Assembly: GCA_039938575.1 (NCBI GenBank) | Contig: JBDUUJ010000079.1 | Location: 10,067-74,066, forward strand | Direction: 5' to 3' | Source of the DNA: Nitrososphaera sp. | GTDB taxonomy: Archaea; Thermoproteota; Nitrososphaeria; Nitrososphaerales; Nitrosopumilaceae | Length of the DNA stretch: 64,000 nucleotides | In this document: piece by piece, positions 48,023 through 58,179 of the stretch | Layout: the number at the start of each line of letters is the position of its first letter | Position numbering within the stretch: the stretch's first letter is position 1 | Translations under genes and position numbers: made by a program | Notes under the pieces: model-generated | The model's input: only the letters and a program-made list of their open reading frames with translations | The model's database searches: none | What the model was told of the DNA's origin: nothing

Positions 48023-49102
48023 TTAGGCGCCTTCAGGTTTCATCAAGATTTTGCCAAAGAGTCCTTTGCCTGTCAGCATCTTGGTGTGAGCTTGTGCTGC
48101 TTGCTCAAAGCTCCACACAGAATCAATTACTGCCTTTATCTTTCCTTTGCCCATCCAGTACAATCCGTCTTCTAGCTCTGCTCTCGTTCCCTGAGTTGAG
48201 CCCAGGATGTTTGTTCCCTTAAAGAAGATGTGCCTGAGATCTGTCTTTGCATCGTATCCGGTTGTCGCCCCACATGTAACCAGTGTTGCACCGTACTTGA
48301 GTAATGTGAGTTGTGGGTTCCAGTGGGTCTGGCCGATGTGGTCGAACGTTACATCAACGCCGGGTGCTCCACCCGTAGATTTTGCTATCTCTTTGGTGAT
48401 TTTGAATACTTCTTTGCTCCAGTCCTCCTTTCTGTGGTCCACTGCGTAGTCTGCACCAAGCTTGAGGCATTTGTCTAGCTTGTCACCGCTTGCAGTAGCG
48501 ATGACTGTACATCCATATAGCTTTGCAATCTGGATTCCAAATGTGCCTACTCCTGAGCCTCCGCCCATGATGAGCACTGTTTGGCCTGGCTTTATCTTGG
48601 CCCTTCCTACCAGCATATGCCATGCCGTCAAAATAGTCATTGAAGCTGCTGCGGCCTCGTCATATGAGACGCCGTCTGGTATCTTGACGACGTTTACTTC
48701 GGGCAGATGAGTCATCTCAGAATAAGCACCCCACGTAGGACCTGTCTGGAATCCCCAGATGGTTCTTTTTGTACAATCGTATTCGCGTCCGTCGGTGCAC
48801 GCTTTGCATACGCGACATGACATGTTAGAATGAGAGACTACTCTGTCGCCGACCTTGATCGTCGTCACATCTTCTCCTACCGCAATTACGTCTCCTGCAG
48901 CATCAGAGCCTGAGACGTGTGGTAGTGGTACTGCAACTGGTTGCCCACGCATTCCCCAGATGTCGTTATAGTTTAAGGCGGCTGCTCTTACTTTGAAAAC
49001 AACTTCGTTTGGTTTCGGTTTTGGATCAGCAATTTCTTTTACTTTGAGGATTTTAGCATAATTATCATCCGGCGCATATTCTTCATAAACTACGGCCTTC
49101 AT
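48023..49102 (-). CDS. Zinc-binding MDR dehydrogenase (candidate acryloyl-CoA reductase of the 3HP/4HB cycle)
   Basis: ALNYNDIW, GSDAAG, CRVCKAC..C, GGGSGVG; the specific function is inference. Confidence 0.85.
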   Translation of the reverse strand: MKAVVYEEYAPDDNYAKILKVKEIADPKPKPNEVVFKVRAAALNYNDIWGMRGQPVAVPLPHVSGSDAAGDVIAVGEDVTTIKVGDRVVSHSNMSCRVCKACTDGREYDCTKRTIWGFQTGPTWGAYSEMTHLPEVNVVKIPDGVSYDEAAAASMTILTAWHMLVGRAKIKPGQTVLIMGGGSGVGTFGIQIAKLYGCTVIATASGDKLDKCLKLGADYAVDHRKEDWSKEVFKITKEIAKSTGGAPGVDVTFDHIGQTHWNPQLTLLKYGATLVTCGATTGYDAKTDLRHIFFKGTNILGSTQGTRAELEDGLYWMGKGKIKAVIDSVWSFEQAAQAHTKMLTGKGLFGKILMKPEGA

Positions 49103-49232
49103 GATTTGGTTTCAATAACAACCCCTAATTATATTTTGTTTGATCAGGTTCTGTTAACTTAGCGGGCGTTTGTTCTTCGTGTTAACTGTCAGGCGCTGAC
49201 TGGCATTTTGAATTAATGTGATCCATTTGTTA

Positions 49233-49508
49233 TCATCTTCTGTTTATTTTGAAATCTCGTTTTGGTTGTTGGATCGACATCAGTATTTGTTTTAGCTGTT
49301 CATCTGAGAGTTGGGTGCTGATCCTTCCTTGCGAGGCCATTCCGATCAGATAGTTTTCAACCAGTGCAGCTAGGTCCGGTTTTACCATCTTGATGTTGTT
49401 TAGCCGCAGTCTTGCCTCAGATGAGAGAAGCTGTTTTAATATGAGCTCTTTTTGCGCTGCAATCTGGGCGTCACGTTGAGAATTTGACTCGTCTGGCTCA
49501 TAGCTCAT
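49233..49508 (-). CDS. PDCD5-family DNA-binding protein
   Basis: LSSEARLRLNNIKMVKPDLA..VENYLI. Confidence 0.92.
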   Translation of the reverse strand: MSYEPDESNSQRDAQIAAQKELILKQLLSSEARLRLNNIKMVKPDLAALVENYLIGMASQGRISTQLSDEQLKQILMSIQQPKRDFKINRR

Positions 49509-49517
49509 AGTGTATCA

Positions 49518-49970
49518 CTATGAATATATTTTCAGAATCGGGTTTTGTGCTGCAAGTTCGTTCAGTATTTCTGATGCTAGTCTGTCAAGTTTTTTCATTC
49601 CCTGGTGCGTCACCACTCTGCCTTTTCCTTGGACTTTTTCGACATAGCCTAACTTTTCGAGCTCGTGTACGGCGTTTCTAATTATTGCACCTCCTGCATC
49701 CCTGTGGTGAGAAAGTGCATAACCCACAGCCTTTGAACCACCATACTCGGTTCTCAGGTCATTTATGCCGATTGGGCCGTGAAGGTATATCTTTCGAAAA
49801 ATGGAAGCGCAACGCTTGTACCACCAATCCCTTTCGTGTGGAGGTCTTTGTTTGTGCGAGCCGGTCTTGACAAACGATGCCCACTCCGGCTTGGCAATAT
49901 TTTCACTTTTTAGTATCTCAGCCAGTCTTGATATGAGAATGTCTGCTGGTACATCGTATACTTTTGCCAT
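49518..49970 (-). CDS. rps19e: 30S ribosomal protein S19e
   Basis: PEWASFVKTG, WWYKRCAS, YGG, LEKLGYV. Confidence 0.97.
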   Translation of the reverse strand: MAKVYDVPADILISRLAEILKSENIAKPEWASFVKTGSHKQRPPHERDWWYKRCASIFRKIYLHGPIGINDLRTEYGGSKAVGYALSHHRDAGGAIIRNAVHELEKLGYVEKVQGKGRVVTHQGMKKLDRLASEILNELAAQNPILKIYS

Positions 49971-50001
49971 GTGAAAGACAAACTTGTAAGAGGTCTTATA
50001 A

Positions 50002-50310
50002 TCATTTGGGACTTGAAATGACTTTGCGGTACGTGTGGTGGCAGAACCGGCAGGTTATTCGTACCGACTTGAGTGTGGATCGGCCCACTCGGATCTTAGA
50101 GTCAACGCCTGGCGCAATGAAAGATTTGCATTTTTTGCAGAACTGCATCCTGATCTCATATGGGAGTCTTATTTTGTGTTTGGTGCTGATTTTTCTTGCG
50201 AGGCTTGCCTGCCTTTGGGCAAGCTCTGGATTTTTTTTAGCATTGTGCTGTGCCTCCCTTAGCAGAGTTTGGATTCTCTCAAGTGCTATTTTTTTGAGAT
50301 CCGCCTTCAT
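50002..50310 (-). CDS. rnp4: RNase P protein component 4 (Rpp21)
   Basis: IALERI, FCKKC, ITCRFC. Confidence 0.92.
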   Translation of the reverse strand: MKADLKKIALERIQTLLREAQHNAKKNPELAQRQASLARKISTKHKIRLPYEIRMQFCKKCKSFIAPGVDSKIRVGRSTLKSVRITCRFCHHTYRKVISSPK

Positions 50311-50400
50311 TAACTGATGGACAGTCTGGTCGACTTAAAAATTCGATCTTGAGGTTTGTTGATTAATATGGCTGCATGATTTGTTTTCTAAAATCGGACA

Positions 50401-51438
50401 ATGCGTACCAGAATAGTCAAAGTCAATCCAAAAAAGCCCTCCCCCCAAAAAATAAGAGAGGCCGCAAAACTCATCAGGCGTGGAAAGTTAGTGGCGTTTC
50501 CCACCGAAACTGTGTACGGGATTGGTGCAAATGCGCTAAACTCTGCAGCAGTCAAAAAGATCTTTGAAGTAAAGGGGAGGCCTCCAGACAACCCCCTCAT
50601 AATTCACATTTATGACAAAGATGACATTTTATTTTTGACAAAGAATGTTCCGAGGACAGCTCAGAAATTGATAGACATGTTTTGGCCTGGGCCACTGACC
50701 ATAGTTTTAAAAAAATCAGAGATTGTTCCCCAAGCAGTTACAGGCGGCCTCGATACAGTCGCAGTTCGTATGCCTGCAAATAAAATTGCGCAGCTTTTGA
50801 TCAAAGAAGCAGGTGTGCCAATTGCCGCACCGTCGGCAAACCTAGCTGGAAGGCCGAGTCCCACTGTGGCAAGACACGTCTTTGATGATTTAGGTGGCAA
50901 AGTGGATTTGATAATAGATGGCGGTAAAACAAAAATTGGAATAGAATCTACCGTAATTGACGTCACTGGGAAAAGGCCTATGTTACTAAGACCTGGCGGT
51001 GTTACACTTGAGCAGCTTCAAAAGGCAATAGGGAAGGTGGTGATTCATCCAGTCGTCAGGGGAAAGACCACCAAACAAGTTCACAGATCACCGGGGATGA
51101 AGTACAGACATTATTCTCCAAAGGCAAGGATAATTCTCATCGAAGGTCCAGTCTTTAAAGTAAATGCAGCGATTTCTAAACTGCTTAGGTCATTTAAGAA
51201 ACAACGAAAGCGTGTCGGCATACTTGCAACCCAGAAAAACTACTCTCAAAGCTCGGATCTCACCAAGTATCTTGGTTCAAGTCACGCCGATATTGCAGCA
51301 AATCTTTTTGAAGCATTCAGAGAATTTGATGCAAAGAAGATCGATGTCATACTTGCTCAAGGAATCAGTAGAGCTGGCCTGGGCCTTGGCATCATGAATA
51401 GATTAAGCAAGGCAGCATACAAAAAAATTCAAGTTTAA
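50401..51438 (+). CDS. sua5: Threonylcarbamoyl-AMP synthase Sua5/TsaC
   Basis: FPTETVYG, KGRPPDNPLI, PSANLAGRPSPT, PGMKYRHY. Confidence 0.96.
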   Translation: MRTRIVKVNPKKPSPQKIREAAKLIRRGKLVAFPTETVYGIGANALNSAAVKKIFEVKGRPPDNPLIIHIYDKDDILFLTKNVPRTAQKLIDMFWPGPLTIVLKKSEIVPQAVTGGLDTVAVRMPANKIAQLLIKEAGVPIAAPSANLAGRPSPTVARHVFDDLGGKVDLIIDGGKTKIGIESTVIDVTGKRPMLLRPGGVTLEQLQKAIGKVVIHPVVRGKTTKQVHRSPGMKYRHYSPKARIILIEGPVFKVNAAISKLLRSFKKQRKRVGILATQKNYSQSSDLTKYLGSSHADIAANLFEAFREFDAKKIDVILAQGISRAGLGLGIMNRLSKAAYKKIQV

Positions 51439-51546
51439 GAGACTCTTGAAGGTAGCATATGATTCTGTACTAAACTCCAGCTCTTGACTTTCATGTCTGA
51501 TAATCTTTGGTGTGTTTTTAAGCAAAAATTATCAAGTGGTGTCATA

Positions 51547-52428
51547 ATGGAGACTTCAACTCATCGTAGCATTTCCGAATTAACACTTGATGAATTATTT
51601 CCCAAGACACTTACTGATTCACCCTGTGTCTACATCGATAAAGACAGAGAGGTGTGGGTTGCAACAGAGATGTGTGCGCAATATTTGGAATCTGTAGTAG
51701 ACTCGATAGTGGTTGTGGATGGCGATGGCATTCCGATCGGCATAGTTGGAGGTTACGACTTGCTTGATAATCTACGCAAGAACTCTACACGAGATTTTCA
51801 GTACAAGTTCAACGTAGAGCAAATAATGTTTCGTGACGTACCAGAAGTAGAAAAGCAAACAAAACTCAAAGACCTGATAGCAAAATGGCAAGATACGAGG
51901 CGGGCGTTTGCGATTCTTAGCAACGGCTCCGACGCATATTCTGCCATTTCCGCAAGAAAAATGCTGGATGTTGGAATGCGATGCAAGACCGACCTTACCG
52001 CCTCGTCAATGCCAAAAAGCAAGATCATTACTTTTCATCCAGACGACACATTGGACAAATTAGTTAACATTATGTTTGAAAACAAGACAAGAAAACTCGT
52101 TTTGGAGAACTCAAACCAATTTATCAGCGACAGATTGATTCTAGCAGAAATCTCCCGAGTACTGAAATTTGAAAAAACTGTTGAATCACTTTTGGACATT
52201 CCAGCAAAACAGATCAGATTAGATTATGCGAAAACGATTACAGAGGATCTGCCATTTGATTATCTTTGTTCACTTATGAACAAGATGGAGCATCCTTATG
52301 TGCTCTACAAAGATACAGCCATCAGTCCATGGGATGTTTGCCTTGCATTAAAGTCAGATGAGATGAAAGGACCACTCACGACTGGAATGCAAAAGAAATG
52401 CCCCCACTGTGGTAAAGATATTGTATAA
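51547..52428 (+). CDS. Degenerate multi-CBS protein with C-terminal Zn ribbon
   Basis: PIGIVGGYDLL CBS-type segments; KKCPHCGKD. Confidence 0.7.
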   Translation: METSTHRSISELTLDELFPKTLTDSPCVYIDKDREVWVATEMCAQYLESVVDSIVVVDGDGIPIGIVGGYDLLDNLRKNSTRDFQYKFNVEQIMFRDVPEVEKQTKLKDLIAKWQDTRRAFAILSNGSDAYSAISARKMLDVGMRCKTDLTASSMPKSKIITFHPDDTLDKLVNIMFENKTRKLVLENSNQFISDRLILAEISRVLKFEKTVESLLDIPAKQIRLDYAKTITEDLPFDYLCSLMNKMEHPYVLYKDTAISPWDVCLALKSDEMKGPLTTGMQKKCPHCGKDIV

Positions 52429-52903
52429 CCTATCACCAAAGTTTTGCCCGCTTTTTGTGTGTCTGTTTCGATGGAGTCTGGGTTTGGAGTGAAGATTTTG
52501 CACTTTGTGTTAGCTTTTTTGTGTTATCATGATCGGTTCTGTGGTTCTTATCGACTACTACCTCTTAACAACCAACTTGCTTCCATCGACTCAGGATTAG
52601 TGGCTGGAAAAAATCCACATTCCCCTTCACTGCTTCAAAGCCCTCTGATGGCAAAACCTGCTCCACCCATTGTATGTGATGTTCATTGATGCTACTAGTT
52701 AAACAGTTACATTCAATACATACAACACAATTTGCCACTCAAATCTATCAGGCAAAAATTCACACCAAACACAGGACAGCTACAAATGATGTAGTTTGTT
52801 GCAAGCGGTGTTGACCTTGATATAACTTGTAAGCTCATTTTTTGGTAGCACCCGATAAGTTGGCCACAGAACATCATGATCTATTGATCTAACATATTCT
52901 AAG

Positions 52904-52976
52904 TGCGGCCGCCGGGATTTGAACCCGGGTAACGGGCTTGGAAGGCCAGCGTACTACCAGACTATACTACGGCCGC
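52904..52976 (-). tRNA. tRNA-Gly (TCC)
   Basis: GCGGCCG acceptor stem, anticodon loop CTTCCAA, T-arm CCGGG TTCAAAT CCCGG, discriminator A, no encoded CCA. Confidence 0.95.
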
Positions 52977-52998
52977 ACAAAACACAAGCATTTTGCGC

Positions 52999-53667
52999 CT
53001 ACATAAAAATGGTTTTCTCGTATTCATAGAGAATACGGGCCACGACGACGTGAGCCTCAAGTGGCCGCTGCTCGACTTTGTATATGAAATCCATCTTGTT
53101 TTTGACTTGCTCAGAAAAATCTCCTTTTGGAAATCCTCCCACGACAAGGCACGTTCCGTCATTGCATAATTTGGCGATACCTTCATAGCTGTTTTTTTGT
53201 CCATCAGATGAGAGTCCAATTACCTGTTTTGGCTTTATTTTGTCAATCAGCTCAGAAAATGTCATCTCCTTTAACTCAAAGAGTTTCTTGTCTGTACTTT
53301 TGATTATTTTTTCAGAAAATAGCTGTTCCATTATTCCTGCGAACCTGTGATACGATTTTGGAAGTCTGACGCCGGAACCCACAGATATGACCTTGTCGTC
53401 AATTGTGTGGACGAATACCGTGATTTCGTCTTCTTCATACAACGGTATGCTGCATGCTTCAAGGAGGCAAAAATGCACTATATCCGGCCTGCCCCTCTTT
53501 ATCTCGTTGTCAAGTCCCTTCATGGCGGCAAAGTGCCATGAGTTGTCAAGCAGTACTTGCGATGGAGTTTTCCCGAACCTTTTGCAGTAAGAAACAACGG
53601 AGTTGTGGTGCCACAACTCCTTTGGCACCAATTCAAGAGATGATTCTGCAATCACAAGGTAAAGCAT
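52999..53667 (-). CDS. nep1: Nep1/Emg1 SSU rRNA pseudouridine N1-methyltransferase
   Basis: LLDNSWH, RGRPDIVH, RLPKSY.RF.G, VGGFPKG. Confidence 0.93.
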   Translation of the reverse strand: MLYLVIAESSLELVPKELWHHNSVVSYCKRFGKTPSQVLLDNSWHFAAMKGLDNEIKRGRPDIVHFCLLEACSIPLYEEDEITVFVHTIDDKVISVGSGVRLPKSYHRFAGIMEQLFSEKIIKSTDKKLFELKEMTFSELIDKIKPKQVIGLSSDGQKNSYEGIAKLCNDGTCLVVGGFPKGDFSEQVKNKMDFIYKVEQRPLEAHVVVARILYEYEKTIFM

Positions 53668-53678
53668 TCAAAGAATTG

Positions 53679-54782
53679 CTAGCTTGACTGTATTTGTTTT
53701 TTGAGCTCGTCCCAGGCAGGCTTTGGCGTATTGTCTACTTTGATTAGGCCTGCGCTGCATGTATAGCTTCCCAGTCTCTCTCTTACGTACTGGTCGCCGG
53801 CTATTGCTACTGTTGATTCTGGGAACTCTTCTTGTATTGTGCAGCTTCCTTGGGGCCTGTCAAACTGCCTGTACCAGTTGAGGAACTCGATCTTTGAGCT
53901 GTTTTTCCTGTAAAACTCGTACGCTACTTTAACAAATTCGGCCTGATCTTCTTCACTTCCCAACACGTAATCATCTGTGCCCCAGCTTACCTCAAAGAAT
54001 GCGACTTGCTTGCCAGGCACCATCTCAAGTGCCTTTTGCAGATCCGCCTGCGCTTCCTGCGGCGTCTTGGATATCTCGTTTAGTCTGTCCACTGGAAGAT
54101 AGGTAAACGCCACAAAGTCTCCCTGAGACCCAACATCAGAAACATAGTGCTCAAGTTTTTTGTTTAGTACGTTGTTTAGTGAAAAGGCGTTGCCAAATTT
54201 GACGTTTGGATGCTTTTGTTTTAGTTCGGAATATACATTACCAAAGAACTCTTTGTACAGACCCACGCTCCCTTCTGCGTCATCAAAGTAAGAGTCTAGG
54301 CTTCCACCTATTATGACGTAGTCTATTGCGCCATCATACCTTGAGAGTATGGCGTCAAGTACCTTGACTGTTTTTTGCTCAAGGTTGGTGCCAAAGCTAG
54401 GCGTGCCCATCCACTCCGGGTACGGGCCGACGATTCTACCGTTTACCACAGAAAAATACAGTGTGGTTTGCAGTCCATTGTTTTTGTTAAAGCTCATCAA
54501 AATGTCTGTGTCCTTCCAGTTGTACTGGTTTTGTTGTGGCTCGATGTGGTTCCAGAACAGATACAGATTCGTCCTTCCTGCTCCAGTAAGTGATGCTTCG
54601 CCGTAAACCTTCTTTAGCTGGTCTAGTGTGACCTGTGATGTTGGGGTGTTAATGACGAGGCCGAGTTTTTGGTTTTTCAGTGTCTCAGTTGGTTTTTGGG
54701 ATCCCGTTGTCGGAATCAACACAAGTACGGCCATTGCTATAGCTATTGCCACTCCGATTGCAACAAAGACTTTTTTGTCCAT
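53679..54782 (-). CDS. Membrane-anchored glycoside-hydrolase-like TIM-barrel protein
   Basis: FWNHIEPQQNQYNW, AFTYLP, AFFEVSW, GLIKVDNTPKPAW. Confidence 0.65.
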   Translation of the reverse strand: MDKKVFVAIGVAIAIAMAVLVLIPTTGSQKPTETLKNQKLGLVINTPTSQVTLDQLKKVYGEASLTGAGRTNLYLFWNHIEPQQNQYNWKDTDILMSFNKNNGLQTTLYFSVVNGRIVGPYPEWMGTPSFGTNLEQKTVKVLDAILSRYDGAIDYVIIGGSLDSYFDDAEGSVGLYKEFFGNVYSELKQKHPNVKFGNAFSLNNVLNKKLEHYVSDVGSQGDFVAFTYLPVDRLNEISKTPQEAQADLQKALEMVPGKQVAFFEVSWGTDDYVLGSEEDQAEFVKVAYEFYRKNSSKIEFLNWYRQFDRPQGSCTIQEEFPESTVAIAGDQYVRERLGSYTCSAGLIKVDNTPKPAWDELKKQIQSS

Positions 54783-54885
54783 AGATTTGCCAGTAGAAAA
54801 GAAGGTAAAAGAGTTGCGCTGGTTGGTTCTGTGGTTCTGTTGACGGGTGCTGGTTCTAGTCGGATCTTACGCTTTTCCGGAGATT

Positions 54886-57800
54886 TCATCCTGATGTGCA
54901 ACCAGAGAATCCGCACTCGATGCAGATGCTGCATCCTTCAACGAAGACGAGGTTGTTCTTGCATGATGGGCACAACAGCTCCTCGCTTACCTCTTCTTTG
55001 ATCTGGCTTTCCTTGAGTGGCTCCTCTGGTATCTTGAGTGCCAGCGCGTTGTTTACCTGTGTTCTGATGTACGGGTTTTTGATGTTCTTTGCAATAAAGT
55101 CGCGCAGGTATGTGCTTGGCTCCACCTCAAATGTCTTTTCTGCGTTTTCGCTTGTCATATGCAATACTTGGGTGTGTCTTGAGCCGTCACGGTACACAGT
55201 GATTCCTTTGAGCCCAAGCTCGTGAGCCAAAAGATATGCTGCTTTTACGTCGTCTGCTGAGACATCGTGTGGCATGTTGATCGTCTTTGCGATTGCATTT
55301 CCGATCCATTCTTGCCAGACTGCCTGCGCCATGAGGTGATCGGACCAGTGTATGTCCATTGCGGTGACAAAGATATTTTGGATCCATTCTGGGATTTCCG
55401 GCAGCCCCCTCACTGAGCCGTAGTTGTCAGCTATTTTGGCAAGAATCTCGTCAGAGTAGAGTCCATTTTCGCGCAGTACCTGTTCGAAGATCTTGTTTGT
55501 GTAAAAGAACCTTCCAACTGTTACGCGCTTTTCAAAGACCAGTGCAAATGTTGGTTCCATGCCGTTTGAGCAGTCGGCAATCATGGAAAGCGTTCCGGTT
55601 GGAGCAACGGTGGTTGTGAGTACGTTTCTGATGCCATTCTTTTTGATTTTGGCAATTAGGGCGTCCCAGTCGTAATAGTGCTCGCTTTTTGGCTTTTCAT
55701 AGTATCCTGCAATTGGTATCTTTCCTTCAGGATATTCGGTCTTTGGACACAGATCGAATTCGCCTCTTGAGCGAGCAAGAGCCACACTTTCTTCCATGGA
55801 GTAATATGTGAGTGCTTCTGCAAGCTTTGATTGGAACTCGTATCCTTCCTTGGAATTGTATGGGATTCTAAGCTTGTACAGCAGATCTGCCACTCCCATA
55901 ACACCTAGTCCTATTCTTCTTGATTCTTTTGATGCCTTGTCGATTTCCGGAACCGGATAATTATTCATGTCGATTACGTTGTCCAAGAATCGTGTTGTCT
56001 TTCGTATTGTCTCTTCATATCTTTGCCAGTCAAACTCGTATTGGCCGTCAGCCTTCCTTTTCACAAGGTTTGCCAAGTTGATCGAGCCAAGGTTGCATGA
56101 CTCGTATGGATACAAGCTTTGTTCTCCACAGTTGTGAACTACAATCCCATTTGCCACGAAGGCATTGATGCCTGGTACTTGTGCATCATACACAACCTCC
56201 GTACCGTCTTCGATTAGTTCAGAAAACACTGCTGTTTGTTTCTGCAAGACGATGTAGTTTTTGCCCTCTGTTTCAGTATGTGCCAAAATGATGCTATCGC
56301 CAGCTTTGAGCTGTCCAGCTTCTTTCCACTCAAACGACAGTCCGTTTTGTTTTACTGCCACTTTGTGATCCTTAGTTAATCTAAGTTCGTATCCTTCTTT
56401 GGTTCTTAATTTGTATACTGGTTTTACTCCGGTGACAAAGAAGCCATCTGATCGCCACACAGTACCGTTTACAACTGCTTCAAAAGGAGTTCCGATTAGA
56501 TCTCTGACCATTCTTGGCCCTTCTGATGTTGCAATCCAGGTATCAGCTGTGACGCATGGGTTGGTGGCCCTCAGTGGCATGCCCCTTGCCTTTGCAAATA
56601 CGTTGTACTTGTTGATGTTATCAAAGAAGATCAGTCCCGGCTCTGCGCTCTTCCAAGCTGACAGTGCAATAATGTCGATGAGTTGGTGGGCGTTGACCTC
56701 TTTTACTGGAGATCTGTCGCGCGGGCTGCGAAGGGTGTACTTGCCGTCTGGGCTGTCAACCAATGCGGCCCAAAAGTCCTCCCAGATTCCCACACTTACG
56801 TTAAAGTTCTCCAGAATTCCTGGCTGCGTCTTGTTTGTGATGAATTTTTCAATGTCGGGGTGCCAGACCTCCAGGATTCCCATGTTTGCACCTCTTCGCT
56901 TGCCTCCCTGCTTGACCACCTCGGTTACGGTATTTATGATGTTCATAAACGAGACAGGTCCTGATGCCACGCCCGATGTCGAGGCCACAATGTCTCCTTC
57001 GTGCCTCAGATCTGAGTAATTGATTCCGACTCCTCCGCCTGACTTGAAGATTAGTGCTGCGTCTGATGTAGACTTCATGATGTCGTTCATATCGTCTGGC
57101 ATTCCAAGCACGAAGCAGGCCGACAGCTGTCCTAGTCGCGCCCCTGCGTTCATCATGGTAGGAGAGTTTGGCAAAAAGTCCTGCTCGGTCATCAAAGTAT
57201 AGTATTCGTTGATTCTTTCCGCATAGCTATCAAACTTTTTAGCTGCAATGAGTGTCAGAACCTCTTTGAAGCTCTTCTTCATCTGGCCACGCTTTGCCAA
57301 GTAGATGTAGTGGTTGATCAAGCCGCGGAAGTGGTATTTGTTAAGATAGTACTGGCCTATCTTGAACTTGTAATCAAAGTCGTCAAGCTTTGCAAGATAC
57401 TTTCTTGCTTCCTCGATATCCTGTGGGATGTTTCCTTCTTTTGAGAAGAGTTCAGAGTCATACAGGAGGTCACCTATTCCTACTAGGATCGCTACCCTCT
57501 CGAACATCTGGCTTGGGCTCTCAATTATCTCGTTTTTGTTGTTGCGTAGAAGGTACCTTGATGCTAGAACCCGCAGGCAGTTGAGGTCAAATGATTTTGC
57601 TACAGGGTCAAGTGATTTTGTATTTAGAACCTTCATTTTGTCTTCACGGATTTTGCGGCGCTCGTGTCTGTACAAAATGTAAGACTTGGCAATTTCGCCG
57701 TAGCCCATCTCGATCAGAGTTGATTCCACCATATCCTGCACGTCTTCGACACTTGGCGGACTGGAAGCTGAAAATCCCTGCTGGATTAGCTTCGATAAAA

Positions 57801-57966
57801 CTCCTCCAGTCAGCTCCTCTGCTATTTTGCGGTCTGGCTGGCCGTTTGCCACCAGAGCCTTGTAGATCGCATTAGTGATCTTTTCTTTGTTAAATGCTGT
57901 AATCCGACCGTCTCTTTTCTTAACGTCGACGATCGAACTTTCTATTTGAGAAAAATCTGTTGTCAT
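54886..57966 (-). CDS. nrdJ: Adenosylcobalamin-dependent ribonucleotide reductase (class II) with ATP-cone, intein-containing
   Basis: ATP-cone VKKRDG; PNSPT, QLSACF, GGKRRGANM, TNP/CGE, ESCNLGS, VAPTGT; ATG 57966 with upstream GAGGG. Confidence 0.96.
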   Translation of the reverse strand: MTTDFSQIESSIVDVKKRDGRITAFNKEKITNAIYKALVANGQPDRKIAEELTGGVLSKLIQQGFSASSPPSVEDVQDMVESTLIEMGYGEIAKSYILYRHERRKIREDKMKVLNTKSLDPVAKSFDLNCLRVLASRYLLRNNKNEIIESPSQMFERVAILVGIGDLLYDSELFSKEGNIPQDIEEARKYLAKLDDFDYKFKIGQYYLNKYHFRGLINHYIYLAKRGQMKKSFKEVLTLIAAKKFDSYAERINEYYTLMTEQDFLPNSPTMMNAGARLGQLSACFVLGMPDDMNDIMKSTSDAALIFKSGGGVGINYSDLRHEGDIVASTSGVASGPVSFMNIINTVTEVVKQGGKRRGANMGILEVWHPDIEKFITNKTQPGILENFNVSVGIWEDFWAALVDSPDGKYTLRSPRDRSPVKEVNAHQLIDIIALSAWKSAEPGLIFFDNINKYNVFAKARGMPLRATNPCVTADTWIATSEGPRMVRDLIGTPFEAVVNGTVWRSDGFFVTGVKPVYKLRTKEGYELRLTKDHKVAVKQNGLSFEWKEAGQLKAGDSIILAHTETEGKNYIVLQKQTAVFSELIEDGTEVVYDAQVPGINAFVANGIVVHNCGEQSLYPYESCNLGSINLANLVKRKADGQYEFDWQRYEETIRKTTRFLDNVIDMNNYPVPEIDKASKESRRIGLGVMGVADLLYKLRIPYNSKEGYEFQSKLAEALTYYSMEESVALARSRGEFDLCPKTEYPEGKIPIAGYYEKPKSEHYYDWDALIAKIKKNGIRNVLTTTVAPTGTLSMIADCSNGMEPTFALVFEKRVTVGRFFYTNKIFEQVLRENGLYSDEILAKIADNYGSVRGLPEIPEWIQNIFVTAMDIHWSDHLMAQAVWQEWIGNAIAKTINMPHDVSADDVKAAYLLAHELGLKGITVYRDGSRHTQVLHMTSENAEKTFEVEPSTYLRDFIAKNIKNPYIRTQVNNALALKIPEEPLKESQIKEEVSEELLCPSCKNNLVFVEGCSICIECGFSGCTSG
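56131..56556 (-). mobile_element. Mini-intein (142 aa, no homing endonuclease) in NrdJ
   Basis: Starts CVTADTWIAT, block B LRLTKDH, block F VYDAQV, ends VVHN followed by C+1; removal restores ..ATNP-CGEQ.. Confidence 0.95.
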
Positions 57967-58179
57967 AATGTCTCCCCTCACTAGGTAAAACCATATTGGA
58001 TATAACCCTGACTGCCAAAGATTTCAGATTTTAGCTCAACAATGTTTACACCATTCCAAGAAATTTTGGAAAGGTTGTTCCTAAACCCACATACGAATTT
58101 AGTTAATTTCAAAGTGGATCCATTCTCTGATACTGATTAATTTTTATCCCACAAAAATAGATGTTGCGAATTTCGATTT

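Noticed and set aside
49140-49240. Possible C/D-box sRNA (ATGATA..CTGA..CTGA, minus strand)
   Set aside because: The C box is non-canonical, the span (~100 nt) is too long and there is no terminal stem.
52430-52900. Intergenic region next to tRNA-Gly as a possible island remnant
   Set aside because: Only short unrecognisable ORFs, no tRNA 3' duplication and no integrase.
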